Shown here one piece after another: positions 7,205 to 10,812 of a stretch of DNA of 10,812 nucleotides. The DNA is from Chthoniobacteraceae bacterium (GTDB lineage: Bacteria; Verrucomicrobiota; Verrucomicrobiia; Chthoniobacterales; Chthoniobacteraceae). Both the position numbers and the translations under genes were made by a program. The notes beneath the pieces were generated by a model, which was not told where the DNA came from, ran no database searches, and saw only the letters and a list, made by a program, of their open reading frames with translations. Where the stretch lies: contig JANNXQ010000243.1 of NCBI GenBank assembly GCA_031409655.1, positions 1-10,812 on the forward strand, written 5' to 3'. Numbering within the stretch: the first letter of the stretch is position 1; each line of letters begins with the position of its first letter.

Positions 7205-7964
7205 GGAGAATTTGGCCGCTGAATTCTTTGCGGCTTTCGAGGTTGCGAAGCTTGATGAGGTCGCCGGCCGCGCCGCTCTCCAGAGCGAGGGCTTTCATGG
7301 TGACATTGAGTGCCCCGTGGTGGCCGCTGACTTCGACGACCTGCCCTTTGTGAACGACGGGGCGCTGCACGATGTCGCGCCGCGTGAGGGCGCGGCCGGC
7401 GGGGATGCTTTGGGTGACATCGAAGGGCGATGGGTCCGTCTCCGCCGGGATGAGCGGATTGCGCTCGCGGAGGACATCGACTTTCTGCACGCCGAGAAGG
7501 GTGCGATCGAGAGCCTGCCCGCGCTCGAGCCGGGTGGCTGCGACCCATACTTCCTGCCAGAGTTGCGCGCGGATGGGGAGTTGCCATTCGGCGATGACGG
7601 TGCCTCCAGAGCTGGCCTTTACGCGGATGAAAAAGGCGCCGCTCACGCCACCGGCGGGGAGCTCGGTGATGGCGAGGAAAAGATCGTCCGCGGGCAGGCG
7701 CACCGCCTCCCAAGGGCGCCCCAGGGTGAGCTTCAACTCGCCCGTGACCGCGAGCCGAATGGCGAGTTCTTTTTCCAATTCCTCGGTAAGACGCTCGGCG
7801 GTCAGGATGCTTTTCGGCGGCGGCGCTGGACTCGTGGTGAGGCTCGCTTTCGTGGTGGTCGGCGGGGCGGTCTCGACCGGAGCGAGCAGGTTGTTGAGTT
7901 GCGCACTGGCCGCAGTCGCGGAGAGGAGCAGCGCGCCGAGGAGCAGAGCGGAGAAGCGGTTCAT
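7176..7964 (-). CDS. flgA: P-ring formation chaperone FlgA (262 aa, with signal peptide)
   Basis: SAF-like VWVAATRLERGQAL, then PVVHKGQVVEV...LNVTMKALALESGAAGDLIKLRNLESRK. Lies between flgG and flgH. Confidence 0.93.
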   Translation of the reverse strand: MNRFSALLLGALLLSATAASAQLNNLLAPVETAPPTTTKASLTTSPAPPPKSILTAERLTEELEKELAIRLAVTGELKLTLGRPWEAVRLPADDLFLAITELPAGGVSGAFFIRVKASSGGTVIAEWQLPIRAQLWQEVWVAATRLERGQALDRTLLGVQKVDVLRERNPLIPAETDPSPFDVTQSIPAGRALTRRDIVQRPVVHKGQVVEVSGHHGALNVTMKALALESGAAGDLIKLRNLESRKEFSGQILHESKVQVHF

Positions 7965-8743
7965 CGCTTGAGCTGGGCGATCTGGCCAAGCATTTCGTCG
8001 GACGTCTGGATGCTCTTCGAGTTCACCTCATAGGCGCGCTGAGCCTGGATCATGTTCACCATTTCCTCGATGACGCTGACGTTGGAGGTTTCGAGAGACC
8101 CTTGCAGGATCGAGCCGTAACCGCTCTCGGCGGGATTGCCGAGTTCGGCCGTGCCGCTCGCGGGTGTTTCTTCGTAGATGTTACCGCCCGCACTGCGCAG
8201 GCCGGCCGGATTGGCAAAGCGGGCCAACTGCACCCGGAAGTTCTGCGTGCCGGCGGCGCCAGATGTGGTGACTTCGCCGTTCGCGGAGACGGAGACCTCC
8301 GTCGTGCCGGAAGGGATCGGGCCAAATCCGCTCAAGACGACGAGCCCATCACTCGTCACCACGCGGCCCTGTCCGTCCACTTTCATGGCGCCGTCGCGGG
8401 TGTAACCGAAGGTGCCATCAGGCCGCTGCACCTGGATGAAGCCTTCGCCCTGGATGGCGAGGTCAAATTTCTCGCCGGTTTGCTTGAGCTGGCCTTGGGT
8501 GAAAACTTTCGCCGTCGAGACGACGCGGGCACCATTGCCCATCTCCACGCCGGTGGGTACGAGGCTGCCGCCACCGGCTTCGGCACCCACGGCGCGCGGG
8601 CGCTGGTAGATCAAGTCCTGGAACTCGATCTTGCTTTTCTTGAATCCCGAGGTGTTCGCGTTCGCGAGGTTGTTTGCGATCGTGTTGAGATTGTATTGCT
8701 GCGTCTCCATGCCTGAAGCGCCGGAGTAGAGAGATTGGATCAT
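7961..8743 (-). CDS. flgG: Flagellar distal rod protein FlgG (260 aa)
   Basis: From ATG 8743: MIQSLYSGASGM...IANNLANANTSGFKKSKIEFQDLIYQ, DLAIQGEGF, YTRDG, LETSNVSVIEEMVNMIQAQRAYEVNSK. Confidence 0.98.
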   Translation of the reverse strand: MIQSLYSGASGMETQQYNLNTIANNLANANTSGFKKSKIEFQDLIYQRPRAVGAEAGGGSLVPTGVEMGNGARVVSTAKVFTQGQLKQTGEKFDLAIQGEGFIQVQRPDGTFGYTRDGAMKVDGQGRVVTSDGLVVLSGFGPIPSGTTEVSVSANGEVTTSGAAGTQNFRVQLARFANPAGLRSAGGNIYEETPASGTAELGNPAESGYGSILQGSLETSNVSVIEEMVNMIQAQRAYEVNSKSIQTSDEMLGQIAQLKR

Positions 8744-8768
8744 GAAGTGAGTTAGTAAGTTGCGTGAG

Positions 8769-9524
8769 TTATCCGAGCGGGTTGCCGAGGCTTTGAATGG
8801 CTTTGCCGGCGTTTTCATCGCTCGTCTGGATGACGCGCTGGCTGGCTTCGTAAGCGCGGGAGACGGTGATGAGACTCACCATTTCCTGGAGGCCATTTAC
8901 GTTACTCGTCTCGAGTGCGCCGCTGACCACCTTGGGTGCGGCGACGGGTGTTGGCTGGACGTTCGGATCGGAAGGCCCGAGCAGGCCGTCGCCGATGCGT
9001 TTGAGGACGGATGGGTCGGCAAAATCCTGGATGGCGATGCGGCCGATGGTCTGGTCGCCTTGCACCACGGAGCCGTCGGCACTGATCGAAAGGCGACCGC
9101 CTTCTGGTCGGAGGGAGATGGGTCCGCCATCGCCGAGCACGGGGAAACCGAGTTTGTTCACGAGAGTGCGCTCGGAGTTCACGTGAAACTCGCCGTCCCG
9201 GGTGAAGCCCGTCTGGCCGTTCGGCCGCTGCACTTGGAAAAAGCCCGGCCCTTCGATGGCAAAATCAAACTCGGCGCCAGTCGTCCGCACTTGGCCGACC
9301 TGCATGTTGATCCGCGAGACCGCGGTCGGCATGACGCTCTGCGAGCTATTGCCGGAGCGACCGCCATCCCCGCCCCGCAGCGTCCCGCCCATGACAGAGG
9401 CAAAAGTGGCCTCGGTCTTGCGAAAGCCGGGGACGGCTGAAGCTGCGAGATTTTCGGAGATGATGCCCTGCCAGCGCTCGAGAGCGGCGAGAGAAGCAGC
9501 ACCTTGGTAAACGCCGATGTTCAT
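8769..9524 (-). CDS. flgF: Flagellar proximal rod protein FlgF (251 aa)
   Basis: From ATG 9524: MNIGVYQGAASL...ISENLAASAVPGFRK, DFAIEGPGFF, FTRDGEF, GALETSNVNGLQEMVSLITVSRAYEA. FlgF/FlgG family, placed upstream of flgG. Confidence 0.9.
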   Translation of the reverse strand: MNIGVYQGAASLAALERWQGIISENLAASAVPGFRKTEATFASVMGGTLRGGDGGRSGNSSQSVMPTAVSRINMQVGQVRTTGAEFDFAIEGPGFFQVQRPNGQTGFTRDGEFHVNSERTLVNKLGFPVLGDGGPISLRPEGGRLSISADGSVVQGDQTIGRIAIQDFADPSVLKRIGDGLLGPSDPNVQPTPVAAPKVVSGALETSNVNGLQEMVSLITVSRAYEASQRVIQTSDENAGKAIQSLGNPLG

Positions 9525-9539
9525 TGTGCTGCCCAGCCT

Positions 9540-9555
9540 AGCACTGGGTATGCCA
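9540..9555 (-). promoter_or_regulatory. Putative sigma54 (-24/-12) promoter for the flgF-flgL operon
   Basis: Minus strand TGGCATACCCAGTGCT = GG-N10-GC with TGGCA and TGCT boxes, ending 15 nt upstream of the flgF ATG. Confidence 0.75.
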
Positions 9556-9608
9556 TCACCCGCCAAGCCCCGTACTTACAGCATCCGCAACCAGAGACAG
9601 GTTGCGCA

Positions 9609-9666
9609 CGGCAGATTGTGCCGGGCAAGACATGCCAGTTTCGGCAGCACTCGGCAGGTTACGCCG
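9609..9666. promoter_or_regulatory. Three palindromic GGCA-N5-(T/C)GCC boxes; candidate enhancer (bEBP) sites
   Basis: CGGCAGATTGTGCCG (9609-9623), GGCAAGACATGCC (9624-9636) and CGGCAGGTTACGCCG (9652-9666). They lie about 80-140 bp upstream of the predicted sigma54 start site, the usual UAS position. Confidence 0.6.
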
Positions 9667-9720
9667 GGTGTCGGAAAACCAACTTTGCGCGGCGATCTCC
9701 GCGCCAGTTACCGCACCGCG

Positions 9721-9990
9721 TTACTTCGCCTTTTTCTCGGCTTTCGCCTCGATGGTCTTGGCCGTCATCGAGTAAGAGATCGTGACTTTCGCGCCGACTT
9801 TAAGTTCGCCGGTCACTTTCGTGTCGGCGTTGCGCGCGAGTTCCCACTTATCCTCGCCTTTCATGACGACGATCTTCGTATCCGTGAGTTCGACGATCGG
9901 GCCGGTGACTTGGTAACTTTCAGCAGCGCGGAGGCTGGTGGCGGAGAAAGCGAGGGTGGCGACGAGGGCGAGGAGGCGGGTGGTTTTCAT
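9721..9990 (-). CDS. Small secreted/periplasmic hypothetical protein (89 aa), beta-rich, possibly OB-fold-like
   Basis: Sec signal peptide MKTTRLLALVATLAFSATSLRA, then YQVTGPIVEL...KIVV...WEL...DTKVTGELKVGAKVTISY and a Lys-rich tail. A/C-rich leader similar to the fliC leader. Confidence 0.85.
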   Translation of the reverse strand: MKTTRLLALVATLAFSATSLRAAESYQVTGPIVELTDTKIVVMKGEDKWELARNADTKVTGELKVGAKVTISYSMTAKTIEAKAEKKAK

Positions 9991-10032
9991 GGGCGCGGGT
10001 GGCTGTTTTGGTGGTGGGGAAGGACTTGCCGG

Positions 10033-10476
10033 TCAGCAGATGCGCAGAACCTTGGCCACGATGTCCATCGGGCGGGGCAACTGCACGGCTTCGAGCTTCG
10101 GGCTGTAGATCGCGGGTGCGTCGATCGCGGAGATCCGGAGCACTGGGGCATCAAGGTCATCGAAGGCCTGCTCATTGATGATCGACGAGATCTGGGCACC
10201 GACTCCACAGAAGGGTTTGTTTTCCTCGATGAGCACGGCCCGGTGGGTCTTGCGGACGCTGGTGAGGATGGCCTCTTCGTCGAGAGGGCGGATCGAGCGC
10301 AGGTCGATGACTTCAGCATTGATATCGTGCTCGGCGGCGAGCAGTTCGGCGGCCTTCAGCGCGGTGAGCACGGCGCGACCGTGGGCGATGAGGGAAACAT
10401 CGGTGCCCTGGCGTTTCACGTCGGCGACGCCGAGTGGGATGGTGTACTCGCCCTCGGGTACTTCCCATTCCGCCAC
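10033..10476 (-). pseudogene. pdhB: Pyruvate/2-oxoacid dehydrogenase E1 beta subunit, C-terminal (transketolase_C) part only; 5' truncated
   Basis: EVPEGEYTIPLGVADVKRQGTDVSLI, AEVIDLRSIRPLD, SVRKTHRAVLIEE, EQAFDDLDAPVLRI. The N-terminal domain (more than half of a normal E1-beta) is missing, and there is an in-frame TAG at 10488-10486. The truncation may be an assembly artefact rather than a true pseudogene. Confidence 0.85.
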
Positions 10477-10481
10477 CCCCC

Positions 10482-10811
10482 TTTCCTAAGCTCCATCCTT
10501 GGCGAATCTGCCCTTTGGGTCAACATTGGGTTGGAGAACATCCCCGAAGAGTCAAGTCCAGCAAGAAACATCCCTTTGAGCGCACGACGTCCGTTGCAGG
10601 GCACTGCCGAGAAAATACTTCTCGGCATGATCAACTTTACCCCGATGAAATCCACGAAATCGCCCAACTCAAATTTGGAGCACTTACGGGCGCTCCAAAA
10701 AGTAATAATTTGGGATTCGGCGAGCGAGGGAATCGGTTTGATTCTCTAATCAGGGGCTGGACCAGGTATTGGAACGAGGTGTTCCAGCAGTCGCCTCGGC
10801 TCGATCCTGAT
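10482..10811 (+). CDS. Partial open frame without a credible start, lower GC, Cys/His-rich N-terminal region; possibly the N-terminus of an SLT/lytic-transglycosylase-domain protein; runs off the right edge
   Basis: 110 stop-free codons: FPKLHPWRICPLGQHWVGEHPRRVKSSKKHPFERTTSVAGHCRENTSRHDQLYPDEIHEIAQLKFGALTGAPKSNNLGFGERGNRFDSLIRGWTRYWNEVFQQSPRLDPD. The family assignment comes from my recollection of the HPWRxCPxGxHWV and GWTxYWNEV motifs and is not verified by search. Confidence 0.65.
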
Positions 10812-10812
10812 T

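Noticed and set aside
10465..10481. Minus-strand GGGGGGTGGCGGAATGG resembling the 5' end and D-arm of a tRNA-Leu at the junction
   Set aside because: No anticodon arm, T-arm (GTTCRA) or acceptor pairing follows; the downstream bases encode PdhB. Probably coincidental.
9517..10749. 410-aa + strand ORF, and other long + strand ORFs such as 6942-8033, 8760-9440, 3029-3649 and 44-448
   Set aside because: Antisense shadows of well-supported minus-strand genes in GC-rich DNA, with no recognisable motifs. The 410-aa ORF also crosses the compositional junction.
5013..10811. Idea that the SLT-like ORF is the dedicated hydrolase partnering single-domain FlgJ
   Set aside because: The ORF lies across a probable chimeric or recombination junction, differs in GC and has no credible start. 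Its SLT identity is unverified, so adjacency is not evidence of function.
10476..10812. Possible group II intron or IS element interrupting pdhB
   Set aside because: No recognisable domain V/VI, intron boundary, terminal inverted repeat, or transposase/RT motif. The segment reads as an unrelated protein-coding frame.

Overview
GC-rich (about 65%) bacterial DNA, probably Verrucomicrobiota (inferred from the flagellin and RsmA sequences and the A/C-rich leaders without Shine-Dalgarno motifs). It carries a minus-strand flagellar cluster, flgF-flgG-flgA-flgH-flgI-flgJ-flgN-flgK-flgL followed by fliW-csrA-fliC. On the left is the 5' part of rsmA/ksgA. On the right are a small secreted-protein gene and a 5'-truncated pyruvate/2-oxoacid dehydrogenase E1-beta gene. 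Both flagellar units have sigma54-type (-24/-12) promoter candidates. There is no flgM in the window. The flagellin gene overlaps the csrA stop codon and has no GGA upstream of its start, but it has GGA motifs early in its coding sequence. An inverted pair of heptamer tandem arrays brackets the flgI start, and FlgH lacks a lipobox. At about 10470-10480 GC drops abruptly to about 51%, and an unannotated + strand frame without a credible start begins, which suggests a recombination or assembly junction.
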